A DNA stretch of 62,995 nt, the filler included, from Sanchytrium tribonematis (taxonomy: Eukaryota): NCBI GenBank assembly GCA_018985235.1. It is 10 parts of 10 records of this genome, joined end to end, with 100 filler letters (N's around TTAATTAATTAA, not from the genome) between each part and the next. Parts side by side here need not be neighbours in the genome. Positions count along the whole stretch, not along the records: positions 28,856 to 33,070 come from JADGIG010000750.1; positions 33,171 to 37,381 come from JADGIG010000751.1; positions 37,482 to 41,680 come from JADGIG010000752.1; positions 41,781 to 45,961 come from JADGIG010000753.1; 6 more parts are not named here. One strand, given 5' to 3'. The translations under genes were made by a program, and so were the position numbers. Each line of letters begins with the position of its first letter. Position 1 is the first letter of the stretch. Below the pieces are notes generated by a model. It did not search any database. It was not told the origin of the DNA and was given only the letters and a program-made list of their open reading frames with translations. Below are positions 31,385 through 42,420 of the stretch, piece by piece.

Positions 31385-32329
31385 TCATACCTGTAGAGTC
31401 ACCTCAATCATTCCAGTATTAGTATCCGGATTATTATAAAGACTTACGAGTGATTTCTTTCTATTATTTTGCATTTGTTCTACTTTAACACGAATATTTT
31501 GACTGAATTGATATCCATCAGATGCCCTATTGTGCATTAATCCAATTTCTTGAATGGCATTTCGATATCGAATGACCAATACAATAATTCCCTCTTTATT
31601 TTCAAGATACAATTCCAGTCCATTTTCAAATTGTTCAATATTACCATCAATCAATGTAAATGGTTCTTTAATATCAGATAGTGTCAATTCTAATCGAGAC
31701 AATTTAGTTTTGACATTGTCATTCTCTCTAGATCTTCTACAATATAAATCACCATATGCAAATCCAAAGTATTTCTCATCATCTGCTCGTTGGACAGTTT
31801 TGTCATCAACATTAAACACACATTTATCTGCACACCTTAAACTTACACGCTGATTGTAAATTGAAACTGCAGCATGATTGGATCTAATCTTCGTTTGCAT
31901 AAATTGTCTATTTTCTTGTGATCCCACCCAACAACTCATTTCAAATTCAACATCTTGGAATACTCGACAGCTCAATTGATTACTTAATTCCATTAATGGT
32001 GAAATGGATTCATCATTGGAATCAAAATAGCCATGATAAGGCTGAATGAATGCTGGTTGCGGCCAATCTACACGTTTATAAGCGGCAAATGCACCTAATC
32101 TACTTTTTTTTAATACAAATGCTCTATGGTCAGTAATGAATGTACTTGTCAAAAAGTATCGATTGTTTTTTGCAATAAATTCCATTCTTAACCCATTATC
32201 GAAAGTCATTAATTGATTTTCTGTTAATGAGACTAAAAAGGTAGAATCCAGATCAACGCATTTCAATGTCAATTGGGTTTTTTCATCATTAGTCAAAACT
32301 GCATTCAACAGAAATAGCAAGTAGAACAT
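31385..32329 (-). CDS. Orphan secreted protein, family member C
   Basis: MFYLLFLLNA leader; CRVFQD...SCW...IRSN, LYCR, ELYLE. Confidence 0.78.
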   Translation of the reverse strand: MFYLLFLLNAVLTNDEKTQLTLKCVDLDSTFLVSLTENQLMTFDNGLRMEFIAKNNRYFLTSTFITDHRAFVLKKSRLGAFAAYKRVDWPQPAFIQPYHGYFDSNDESISPLMELSNQLSCRVFQDVEFEMSCWVGSQENRQFMQTKIRSNHAAVSIYNQRVSLRCADKCVFNVDDKTVQRADDEKYFGFAYGDLYCRRSRENDNVKTKLSRLELTLSDIKEPFTLIDGNIEQFENGLELYLENKEGIIVLVIRYRNAIQEIGLMHNRASDGYQFSQNIRVKVEQMQNNRKKSLVSLYNNPDTNTGMIEVTLQV

Positions 32330-32383
32330 TTGTTACGGGGGATGATTCCCAAATTTGATTTTGTTGCATCCTGGTAGTACAAA
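32300..32383. repeat. Duplicated promoter plus signal-peptide cassette, copy 2
   Basis: Blocks identical to those at 31225-31309. Confidence 0.92.
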
Positions 32384-32585
32384 TTTGACCCTTTCCAATC
32401 ATGATTCTCTATTCATGTCTGTACGACCCACATGGTCACACCAATAGAAATTTCACATGTACAAATGTTTCAAGTCATTCTGGCAAATAAGTGGCAATAA
32501 ATAGCCATTCATGATTATGTGGTACCAATTATCAATATTAATGGCAAATGGGTTGACATTAAATATAGTCTGATGCGTTATAATC

Positions 32586-33070
32586 ATGCATTTGAATTTA
32601 CTCAATATTTTCAATCAATGTGTCCATCTTTATGGCAAATCACCTTTTATTCAATTATATGATACATATGGTGAATCAAATATGATTGTAAATGGGAGAG
32701 TATTCCAATGTCATGATTCCATTTCATTTGATGCGCTAGTGCCAATATTGCAAATTATGGCTAAAAATGAAAATGAGAAACACGTATTGGAATATAGATT
32801 AGCCCATTTTGCAGTATCTACTCCAGATCATCCACCAGTACGCATTCAAATCAACCATGTAGATCAACTCTATCTCACCAATGAACAAGGGGATTTTTCA
32901 GACACGCTTTCCAATACATCCAAATTGCAAATTACTAGTCAAAATACCACTTCATCCATTTATCCAATCCATAAATCACTCATTATCATCTCTGATATTG
33001 ATGATACCATTAAAATAGCCAATATTACCCATAAACAAGCAGCCATTCGCAAATTATTCATTGAGCCATT
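32586..33070 (+). CDS. App1-like phosphatidate phosphatase (HAD fold), 3' truncated
   Basis: IIISDIDDTIKIANIT, the DxDxT motif typical of the APP1 catalytic domain. Confidence 0.7.
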
Positions 33071-33170
33071 NNNNNNNNNNNNNNNNNNNNNNNNNNNNNN
33101 NNNNNNNNNNNNNNTTAATTAATTAANNNNNNNNNNNNNNNNNNNNNNNNNNNNNNNNNNNNNNNNNNNN
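33071..33170. other. Artificial contig spacer
   Basis: N44-TTAATTAATTAA-N44. Confidence 0.98.
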
Positions 33171-36100
33171 TGTCTCTTGTATTCCTTTTGTGTCCACTAT
33201 CGGGATCACAATTTTCTGCTTGTGGAATACTTGGATCACCAGTCAAATCCATGCCCATTTGGCACATCCCCTCGTGATCCAAGTCACTTTTTAATTTGTT
33301 AAATGCGGTATTTTCTGTCAACCGGATCTTAACAAGCATATTTTCTAGGGTACTTTTTAGGTATCCATCATTCAAGGAGTGGACCATTTTTACGTGTTTA
33401 CCTTCTACTTTCAACACACGAAAAGGACCCTCAAATTGACAATTCATTTTAGGATGAATACCTTCAATTCTATAAAGTACCAAATCACCAACTAATATCT
33501 TCGATTTCTGACTACTTGATTTCATTCCATTAATTTTAGCCACTCTCTTAATTCTATTACAATATTTGATAATTCTGAGTCTGCTAAGCTGCTCCATTTT
33601 CTTTCCCATTTGTCTTTCGATAAATGCGTATTCTAAGTCACTGCAATACTTATGTTTTTCATTCAAAATATTGATTTTGCAAGGATTATGGATCTCAATC
33701 GGTGATATACGGAGCGGATCAGTGGTTCCATGATTTATGGCCAACATGGTATTACCAACAATTTCAGGCCATGAATATGCCCTATTTTCTCCAGTATGGT
33801 CATATTTACAGACAGTCCGCATCATTGACAGAATTGTCTGATTTGATCTTTCACAGGGGTTGTTTCTATGAATGAAGGGCGTGATAAAGTGGATTTTAAT
33901 CTGTTTGCCCACTTTTAATGCCAAATTATAAATAAATCTCTCACTTTTAACAAAATATGCTGCATTATCCAGAATAAGTTGGTCTGGGATATCCATATAT
34001 GAGAATGCTGCCACTAATGCCTTATTAATCGAGTCGCTTTTCATATCATCCAGTATATGGAGGGACACAAATCCAGAAAATGTGTCACTGATTACTAGAA
34101 GTGAATTCACTACGTGACCAGATTCATCTTCCTCATTGCATAACTGGAGGACATCCATTGCTAGTTCTTGTCCAGGCATGGTAGGTGGAGTGCGTGCCAT
34201 GATGTTCTTTGACTCGGGTCTCTTTTTGTAAATGGAGCACCATTGGCAATAATTTGTATATTCCAGAGCATCTGAAGCCATTTTGGGCCAATAAAACGAT
34301 TTCATTTGGTCCAACATGCGTTGCGATCCCTGATGCATTGCATTTCTGTCAACGTGGGACATGTACATCACGATGCTTCTGTAACAGGGAGGGACAACAA
34401 TCCTGCCGTCTAATTCAATCAATTCAACATAATTATTCTTTACATACTCATTCATCATACCTTCTTTCGTGTCATGTGGGTGTATTTTAGAGGCCATTCT
34501 CCAAATTTCAGGATCATTCAGTTGTTCAATCAAGAATTCCTTCCTTGAGATTCCAGGCACTACGTAGTATTGAGAGTCCCAATTCCAGTCAAGAGTATGA
34601 ATTTGTTGATCCTCCGTAATTTCCACGGCTTCCATTACATCTAAATCCATTAAATCCATATCCGCATTTTCATCACGATTTTCAATGAATTGTGATTTCT
34701 GGGGTTCTTCCACGACGTCACTTCCTTCTTTGGATGCTTTGGCTTGATTCCTGGTGATTACTTTAACTTGTGGGTTTCTCTTAATCCAATTCTGTTTGAA
34801 ATGCGAGTAGGATGTTTTGTATTTATCTCGTAAGACAGTTCCAAGTGATCTACACACCACTGTTGTATCTGACGTATCGTCTTCGTAATAAACTGCATCT
34901 TTTCCGGATAATCTCCCAGTTCTACTCTTCTCGATTTCTAAAACTCCAATTTTTCCATTATTCAATGGAATCCGCACGTTGATGTTGGCAGTCATAGGAA
35001 GCTTAATTTCGTCATTTGATAGACACTCGACTATATTGTACTCATCATTAGATTCATCCAGGGAATAGACTGGATTAAATTGACTATCTTTTAAACATTT
35101 CATCAATTCTTTATATTTCTTGCTGAACCAAGGATTAAACAAGTTGAAAGGCATTATTTCGAATATCATGGTGTTAATTGAAGATCCTTTAGCTAAATTC
35201 AAGTGGTCAGGCAATCTTGGATTGAAATGTTGCATTTCAGCGATGGAAAATGTACCTGTTTCAAGTTTCTGTTTTAATACGTACTGGGTGATATGTTTGA
35301 TTTTAGCGTTATCATATATATAATGACTGCCTTGCTTGATTCCAGGATCTAATTTTTTTTATATTGACGTCTGCTGCTCTTGTCTGATTTAATAGTTTGT
35401 AAAAGTTTATAATCTTATCGTGAATTTCCTGGATGTTTGGCAATTCTAGTTTATATACCGCCACGTAGATTTTATCATTCTTAATGTACCTTGCTGGTAG
35501 TTGTGGGCAATGATCTAAGTATCCTACTGGTGTAAATATTTGAATAGTCTTAAAATTAGTCTGTTTTAATGCTTCCAATCGCTCAGTAAGCATTTTTAGA
35601 TACTCCTTGGCTCTTTTGCCTCCCATGGGGTAGAATTGTGAATACTCTTTCATCAAAACATCTTCATTAAGCAGTGTCTCAATATCTGGTGATGATGTGA
35701 ATGGATACACGTTGAACTCATTAATAAGTAGATTTCTGTGTTTCTTCGTCATATCAATATCTTCTACTTTTAATGCTCTCGTTTTGGGCAGTAAGAATGA
35801 TGGGTCTGGACATCTGCTGCTCATTGTTTCAGGGGAACTTCTAGAACTTTGAGCTGTTCCGTTTTGATCAGTACTTTGTAATTTGATGATTTGGTCAGCA
35901 TGTTCCATTGCTTCCTCCACTTTTGGATGTCTACTTAGGTAGTCTGCATCGACATTCATGGTGCCTTTGATGTAAATGATTGTTAAATTAAAACTTGATA
36001 AATATACTGCCCATCTGTACAATTTTCCCCAAGATCTGTAAATACAGTGACTCTGTTTCCAAATATATATCGCTGCCATTTTTTTAATGCTTCGACTATT

Positions 36101-37381
36101 GCTAATGCCTCTAATTCTGTGATATGCCATTGGGCTTCTTGTCTATTTAAGGTACGACTCCAAAAGTACAATGGACGACCCTTTTGTAGTAAAACCGCAC
36201 CAAGGCCTCGATTACTTGATGCATCAGTTCTGATTTCAAATGGAAGTGTTGCATCGGGATAATTCAGTAAAATGCGTTTAGACAACATTATTCGCACAGC
36301 ATGGTAAGCAAGTGCTTGTTCGTCCTCCCATTTCCAGTGCACATCCTTTCGAAGCAGTTTAAGAAACGGTTGTGCAATTGCTGAGTAATTTGGGAGATAC
36401 CGTGCATAAAATTGAAAAGCACCGTGTATGGATGCTAATTGTTTCTTATTTTGAGGCTCGCTGGCTCTCAATAATGCCTCTACCTTTTCGGGATCACTTC
36501 TAATGCCCTTGTTGCTCACAATGTGTCCGAGCAGTTCCATTTCTTGGTAACCAATTGAACACTTAGAAGGCTTCAATTTGTAATTGTACTTTCGTAACCT
36601 TGTAAATAAGCTCCTTAAGGTGTCAAGCATACTCTCGAAGGTGGGATCGCCTGTGCTAATGTCATCTTGGTAAGCCTTAGCTAAATCAAGCCCTTCCACC
36701 ATTTCATCCATATTTCTTTGAAAGATTGCAGCAGCATTAACCCAGCCAAATGGGACAACGCAATATTGGTACATCTGCCCGTCAAAATAGAAAGCGGTAT
36801 ACTTTCGAGAATCAGGGTGCAGTCCTATCTGCCAATAGCCTGACGTCAAGTCAAAATGACAAAACCACATGGACAGTGCAAAACGGAGAATTTGCTCTTC
36901 TGTATCTGCCTGGGGATAGACGTCTAATACGGTGATACGATTTAAAGGACGAAGGTCAGTGCAAAATCTCTTTTCTGTTGTGTTCTTTTTGTCAACAATG
37001 ACGGTTTCATTCAAATATTCGGAGGTAGGGATCTTTTCAATTACATTTTTCTCCAACATTAATTTGATGTTTTCAGCCATGATTTGGAATTCTTTCGCAG
37101 TTCTAGGTCGCCTCCTTTCTTTGTAAGGGACATCAGTGGTCACTTTAATTATCACTGGGGGAACTTTGGCACCAATCTGTCCCGTAAATACATCAATAAA
37201 TTCTTTGATCTGCTCTTTTTTGTCGCGATGAAGTCTCGGGTTAATATTTAGCTGTTCCCAAACCTTCTCAAACGTATTCTGTTCGTCAAAATCATCGAAG
37301 TGTATAATATCGGCGACGCCTGGGAGTTGTTCTTGAAATTGTTCATTGTATTCTTCTACTACATATTCTTTTCCATCAATA
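33171..37381 (-). mobile_element. Ty3/gypsy LTR retrotransposon pol region (RT, RNase H, integrase); two frameshifts; LTRs and gag outside the contig
   Basis: RT: RFCTDLRPLN, FDLTSGYWQI, VPFGWVNA, YQDD. RNase H: TDAS, ELEALAIV, VFTD, DADYLSR. Integrase: HHCC (HVDRNAMH...CQWC), D,D-E (LAMDV, LILDNA, CERSN) and GPF motif. Domain order RT-RH-IN is gypsy type. Confidence 0.95.
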
Positions 37382-37481
37382 NNNNNNNNNNNNNNNNNNN
37401 NNNNNNNNNNNNNNNNNNNNNNNNNTTAATTAATTAANNNNNNNNNNNNNNNNNNNNNNNNNNNNNNNNNNNNNNNNNNNN
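37382..37481. other. Artificial contig spacer
   Basis: N44-TTAATTAATTAA-N44. Confidence 0.98.
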
Positions 37482-38731
37482 ATTTGTGGCATTTGTTGCG
37501 GCATTGGAGGATTAGATTGTTGAGAATATTGTGATGACATTGTGGGATATTGCATTTGTTGTGGGATTGGTTGATTCATTGGCTGATGACTGGGATGATT
37601 TGGGTGTGGGAGGGATGGATAGGGCATTGCATTCATTTGAGATGGCATTTGATTTTGATTTGAAGTGGGAATCATGTTAGAGGGGTAATTTGTGACAGGG
37701 GGATTGGGTTGCTGCGTGGCCTGAATATGGGACAGAGAAGGATATTGTGGCTGTATTGGCTGTTGCACGGGTTGCACGGGCTGCTGGACAGGTTGTTGGA
37801 CAGGTTGCTGAACTGGTGACTGAGTAGATTGTGTTGGTTGTTGCACGGGAGATGGATTTGATTTGACTGGTGACTGCAATTTATAACAATCTGGTACTTC
37901 TAATCCAAGTCCATCCATTAATAACTGGCCATTCACTATCCCAGTTTCTGTGTGAGTGCCATGAATCATTTGAGACATTGGCACAATTTCATTCATAAAT
38001 AAAAATCCCTCTAATTGACTAATGACTTGATTATTCTTGTAAATTGGAATTGAAAATGATTTCAATTTAGATTGATGATGGTACCATTCTTTTAATGGTA
38101 AAGAAGCAGTAAATTGGTCAGATTTATTGAATATTTTGAAAAATATGGATTGATTCAAAAATAAAGATAATGGCATTTCTAATTGGATTAATGGCAATTC
38201 ATTCCAATTACATGGATTGGATTGACTAGTACCACTTAATTTGACAGTATCTAATTGATATTCTAATTGAAATGCAGATTGAAGGTGTAAATCACATTTT
38301 AATTCTTTTAATGTAAATTGCATTTGATTTAATATTAAACACTCAATATCAAATACACATTTACCACTAAATTGATTATTATCTCTTAATTCTATTTCAT
38401 GGTGAATGGGGCCGGTTAAAATGGTATGTAAATCAATTTTACATTCTCCAATAAAATCATCTCTTCCAAAGACATCCTTGTCAAAACATTGGACATGACA
38501 TATCTTCTCTCTTAATCTACTAATATACCTTGTCTCATAATAAAATTCAATTTGGTATTCAAATACGGGATTAATTGATTTTTTAATGGTTTCTGTGACA
38601 CAATTCTTGTAATTATCAAAATTAAATACTAAATATGGATCAGATAATCCATTTTTATCTTTTGAAGTGAGATTATAGCACTTGATATGGTTTATAGTGA
38701 CTTTGAAGCGTGTGGGTAAATTTTTAGACAT
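37482..38731 (-). CDS. C2-domain protein with a Q/P-rich low-complexity tail; 3' truncated
   Basis: NLTSKDKNGLSDPYL, TIKKSINPVF, FDKDVFGRDDFIGEC (Ca-binding Asp residues present); a likely second degenerate C2; QQP-rich tail. Confidence 0.85.
37757..37850 (-). repeat. Coding tandem repeat (PVQQ)n
   Basis: Imperfect 12-nt units encoding PVQQPVQQPVQQPVQPVQQP. Confidence 0.7.
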
Positions 38732-38815
38732 GTGTTTCAAGGAGTCAATTTTAAAATTTTGATGTTGAAACACGGAATGGTTATGGGTCATACAAAGGCA
38801 TCCCCCGAGTCAAAC

Positions 38816-39619
38816 ATGTTGTTCAACGTTATTTTGTTTGCCGAAATCTCATCGGAGGTTCAAGCAGCTCTTAACTATGCGAATAGAAATCAGCAATTAG
38901 TGGATGGTTGCCTAGAACGTAAAGAATGCTGTAATGTAGATCCACAAATCAGACATAGTGCACAAATAGAATTGAAGAAACTATTTGAAAGTCATCCTGC
39001 TTCTATTTACTATTTCGGTGATTTAGAAATAGATTTGAAGAAACGCTCATTAGATCAGGAAACACAGCAAGTAAGTCCTAATCCGCCTCATGGTAATAGA
39101 ATTGAAACATTGTTAGTATTGATTACTCTGGCCGGTTGCTCATTTGTGTCTGGTTTATTTACCAGCCTATCCTTCCCTGCAGCCAAAAATTTAGCAGCTG
39201 CGAGGAAACTATTAATTGAAGAGGAACAAAGATTTACAACTGATTGTAATTTTAATTTTCTTTGTGATCAGGACGTTGGTGAAGCCACTGATTGTGCCAC
39301 CAGTGGCCATGGTCATGGGAGAGTAGAAAATTGTGGCCCTGTGCCCTTTATCAATGAAAAATTGGGCATTTGTGATGATACTGATACTGAAAATCAGCAA
39401 GCTTGTTTGGATTATTTAAATCATCAAGTTTGCTACATTAAGCAATTAGGGTCTGCAAATTCCAAGACCTGCATCAGTGAGATTTATCAAAATCTTTTGG
39501 ATGCAAAAAATACTGTTTCTAAAATAAAAATGCACCGTGATAATACGATTGGAGCCGCTGTTGGAGGTGCTACAGGTGTGATTATTATTATGGCGTATCT
39601 TTATATGTATCGATTATAA
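38816..39619 (+). CDS. Orphan secretory-pathway protein with a Kex2-type LKKR site, two hydrophobic segments and a Cys-rich loop
   Basis: MLFNVILFA leader preceded by CCCCC; LKKR|S; hydrophobic LLVLITLAGCSFVSGLF; Cys-rich loop; C-terminal TM IGAAVGGATGVIIIMAYLY. Confidence 0.7.
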   Translation: MLFNVILFAEISSEVQAALNYANRNQQLVDGCLERKECCNVDPQIRHSAQIELKKLFESHPASIYYFGDLEIDLKKRSLDQETQQVSPNPPHGNRIETLLVLITLAGCSFVSGLFTSLSFPAAKNLAAARKLLIEEEQRFTTDCNFNFLCDQDVGEATDCATSGHGHGRVENCGPVPFINEKLGICDDTDTENQQACLDYLNHQVCYIKQLGSANSKTCISEIYQNLLDAKNTVSKIKMHRDNTIGAAVGGATGVIIIMAYLYMYRL

Positions 39620-39629
39620 TAAATTTTAT

Positions 39630-41303
39630 TTATTGGTGCATTTCTTTCACTTTCATTTCCCTATTTAAATCATATTGCCATGTTTTACTAGTCTCATTTG
39701 GATCAAACATCTTAAATACATTATCTGATTCTGGATAATATTCATAAATTTCCAAATTAGAAGGCATTTTTAATGCGGAATCACTCAATTTGTTAATTTT
39801 CACAAATAATGAAGTCATATGTCCCAAATGCCCTACCCCACTCTGTACCACTCCCTGTTCTTGATTCAATTGTTGCATATTTGCCATATTGATCTCTGCC
39901 AATGTTTTATTATTTTTTGGATAATATTCAAAACTACCTGGAAAGAAAATAGTTTCTACAGTCGTGTAATGCCCTAAAACATGTCTCATTTGATGGTGAC
40001 ACTTGACAATCTTACCCCGACTTGCTTCTTCCAAGCCCTCTTGAATTAATGAATAATCCAAATCATGCACATAATCCAATATATTTTTACTCAACATCTC
40101 CTTGGAATTTAATCCAAAATACTGTTGCACCAAATAATTAGGACTCACTACTAATAATAATCCATTTAAACTGGTTTTGCACCATAAATTAGACAATCCA
40201 TTAAAATAATGTAAATTGGATAAAACACTCACTGGATGTGGCAATAATGTGAATATAAAGCATGATTTGTTGGATATGGTAATTAATTGACCATTTAGTG
40301 CACACCAGAAATAGCCATTTGATTTCCTATTGAATCTAATTGCAAATTGTAAATCAGATTGATTTTTTAATTCATTTCTCATTTGATTCCAATCTGATTG
40401 ACATGTAAATTGATGCAGTGGCTTATTTAGTAAGTCAGATGCATTATATTCTAATAAATCATTGGCAGATGGAGATGTGTGTAAAATTTGACCATTTTTA
40501 GAAATGATTAAAATTGGGATTTGAGAGTGTAATAATTCATAAAATGCATGATCACCTAGTTTAGTGAGTAATAAAGGGTCTTGTAGATCATCAATCATCT
40601 CCGGTAAATAATTAATAGGTGATTTGGGCGTATTTGACTGTTTGGCACTTGATTTATCATTTTTGCTCATTTTACTGGGTTTGCTTTGTTTGCTGAGTTT
40701 ACTGGATGCATCTGAATGATATTGGGTATCATCTAGCTGATAATTGATAATATAACTACCAGATGCCATTTTATTCATGATTAAAGTGGGTTGCTCAATC
40801 AAATTGACTTGAAATCCAACAATAAAGTGCATTTTGTCAATTTTAACAGGAATCATAGAAACGAGATTGATAAATGGCTCACCATTCTTTTTATAATTGA
40901 TTAAATTGAACTGGCCTTCTGCAAATCCATCTACGCATTGTTTCATTTTGAAGATAATGTTATTATCTGTTCTACGGCGGACATCTCCCTTTAATATGGG
41001 TTTCGGATCTGTGTTTAATTGCTGTAGAAATCTACAATTGTGGCCGATGCAGTCAGTTAATGCGTATCCTGTTAAATCTTCAAATGCGTCAGAAACATAG
41101 ACAATTGGACAATCGGGTTGATTTGCATCAGATACTACGAATGCACATGATAAATCAACAGGGCCTAATTGGATTTGTGGGTTGGGTCTGTTGTGTATGG
41201 CACTAAGAATGGTTAATAGGTCAAATCCACTGGTTGAGTAGAGACCTGCTGAAGATTTGGATAGATTGGATTTGTTGGTGCTTTTGGTGATTGTAGATGA
41301 CAT
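39630..41303 (-). CDS. wc-1: White Collar-1-like blue-light photoreceptor (LOV-PAS-PAS, no GATA zinc finger)
   Basis: N-cap YSTSGFDLLTIL...RPNPQIQLGPVDLSCAFVVSD; photoactive GHNCRFLQ; INYKKNGEPFIN; VGFQV; two further PAS domains; ends just after WQYDL. Confidence 0.88.
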   Translation of the reverse strand: MSSTITKSTNKSNLSKSSAGLYSTSGFDLLTILSAIHNRPNPQIQLGPVDLSCAFVVSDANQPDCPIVYVSDAFEDLTGYALTDCIGHNCRFLQQLNTDPKPILKGDVRRRTDNNIIFKMKQCVDGFAEGQFNLINYKKNGEPFINLVSMIPVKIDKMHFIVGFQVNLIEQPTLIMNKMASGSYIINYQLDDTQYHSDASSKLSKQSKPSKMSKNDKSSAKQSNTPKSPINYLPEMIDDLQDPLLLTKLGDHAFYELLHSQIPILIISKNGQILHTSPSANDLLEYNASDLLNKPLHQFTCQSDWNQMRNELKNQSDLQFAIRFNRKSNGYFWCALNGQLITISNKSCFIFTLLPHPVSVLSNLHYFNGLSNLWCKTSLNGLLLVVSPNYLVQQYFGLNSKEMLSKNILDYVHDLDYSLIQEGLEEASRGKIVKCHHQMRHVLGHYTTVETIFFPGSFEYYPKNNKTLAEINMANMQQLNQEQGVVQSGVGHLGHMTSLFVKINKLSDSALKMPSNLEIYEYYPESDNVFKMFDPNETSKTWQYDLNREMKVKEMHQ

Positions 41304-41680
41304 TTAATTAATGGGGGAAGTTTGATTTTAAATGAAAAATTGGAGCCGATTCAGCCAAACATTTTGGAAAAAACAGCAGCAAAAAATAAAAATCAGATCG
41401 GAAACATGACACGTGATAGAGGAGACAGATGAGAAAAACAAAAATTGATTTAGAAGCATATGTATTAAGCATTAATTCAAGGTATTTATTAGCTTGTTGT
41501 GTCAAAATGTGTAGTCTGCTGAACTAGGCTTTTTTGACTTTTTTTTGTGTCTTTCTAATGAATAATTGCCATAAAAGAGACCGAATAAAAGCATTACATC
41601 CAGAGATACTCGAATAATTAATCTCAATGTTAATTTGAACTCAAATAAGACTGGCAGGGTGGGCATAATTTCAGGATTAT

Positions 41681-41780
41681 NNNNNNNNNNNNNNNNNNNN
41701 NNNNNNNNNNNNNNNNNNNNNNNNTTAATTAATTAANNNNNNNNNNNNNNNNNNNNNNNNNNNNNNNNNNNNNNNNNNNN
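41681..41780. other. Artificial contig spacer
   Basis: N44-TTAATTAATTAA-N44. Confidence 0.98.
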
Positions 41781-42420
41781 ATGCAACTTTTAAACATACT
41801 TGGAGAAAAAATTTTGCAAGTCAACCCAGATGAAGAATAGATTTATTATTAAAGACAAAATCATATTTAATTCCGGATTTATTATGGGGAACAACTATTG
41901 TCTCTTAACAAGCTCCTACAGTTGACGATGACCTCAAAATAATTTAAAATATATGCTAAGTGTCGTTCTCGACAAAATAGATCGATTTGAAGCTAAAGTG
42001 GCTCACATGCAAAAGTAACCACACATTATCTATGTCAGCAAATCACTACTCTTTACTTAATTATCCTCCTTGTGTAATCACTATCAGTACCTCAAAACTT
42101 TGCTGTCAGGAACATAACTTACAAATGCTTTCAAGTGAGCACTCCTCTGCTAGATAATTAGCTATGAAATTAAATTATATGTCTTAGCTGTAATTAAGAT
42201 TACAAGGGTTAAAGGGAGATTGAAGTATTTATTTGTTGAGAGCATGAGAAAATCGATATATTGCAAACAAGCACTTGAGAATTGCTTTGGTTTAGAAAAA
42301 TCAAACCTGAGTAAAGCTTAAAATTTCGGAAGCGTGATTGCGCTAATGGTGATATACCTAAGCAGCATTTGCGTGGCAATCGAATCTTTGATATCAAATA
42401 AACTATAAAAATTTAAAGAT

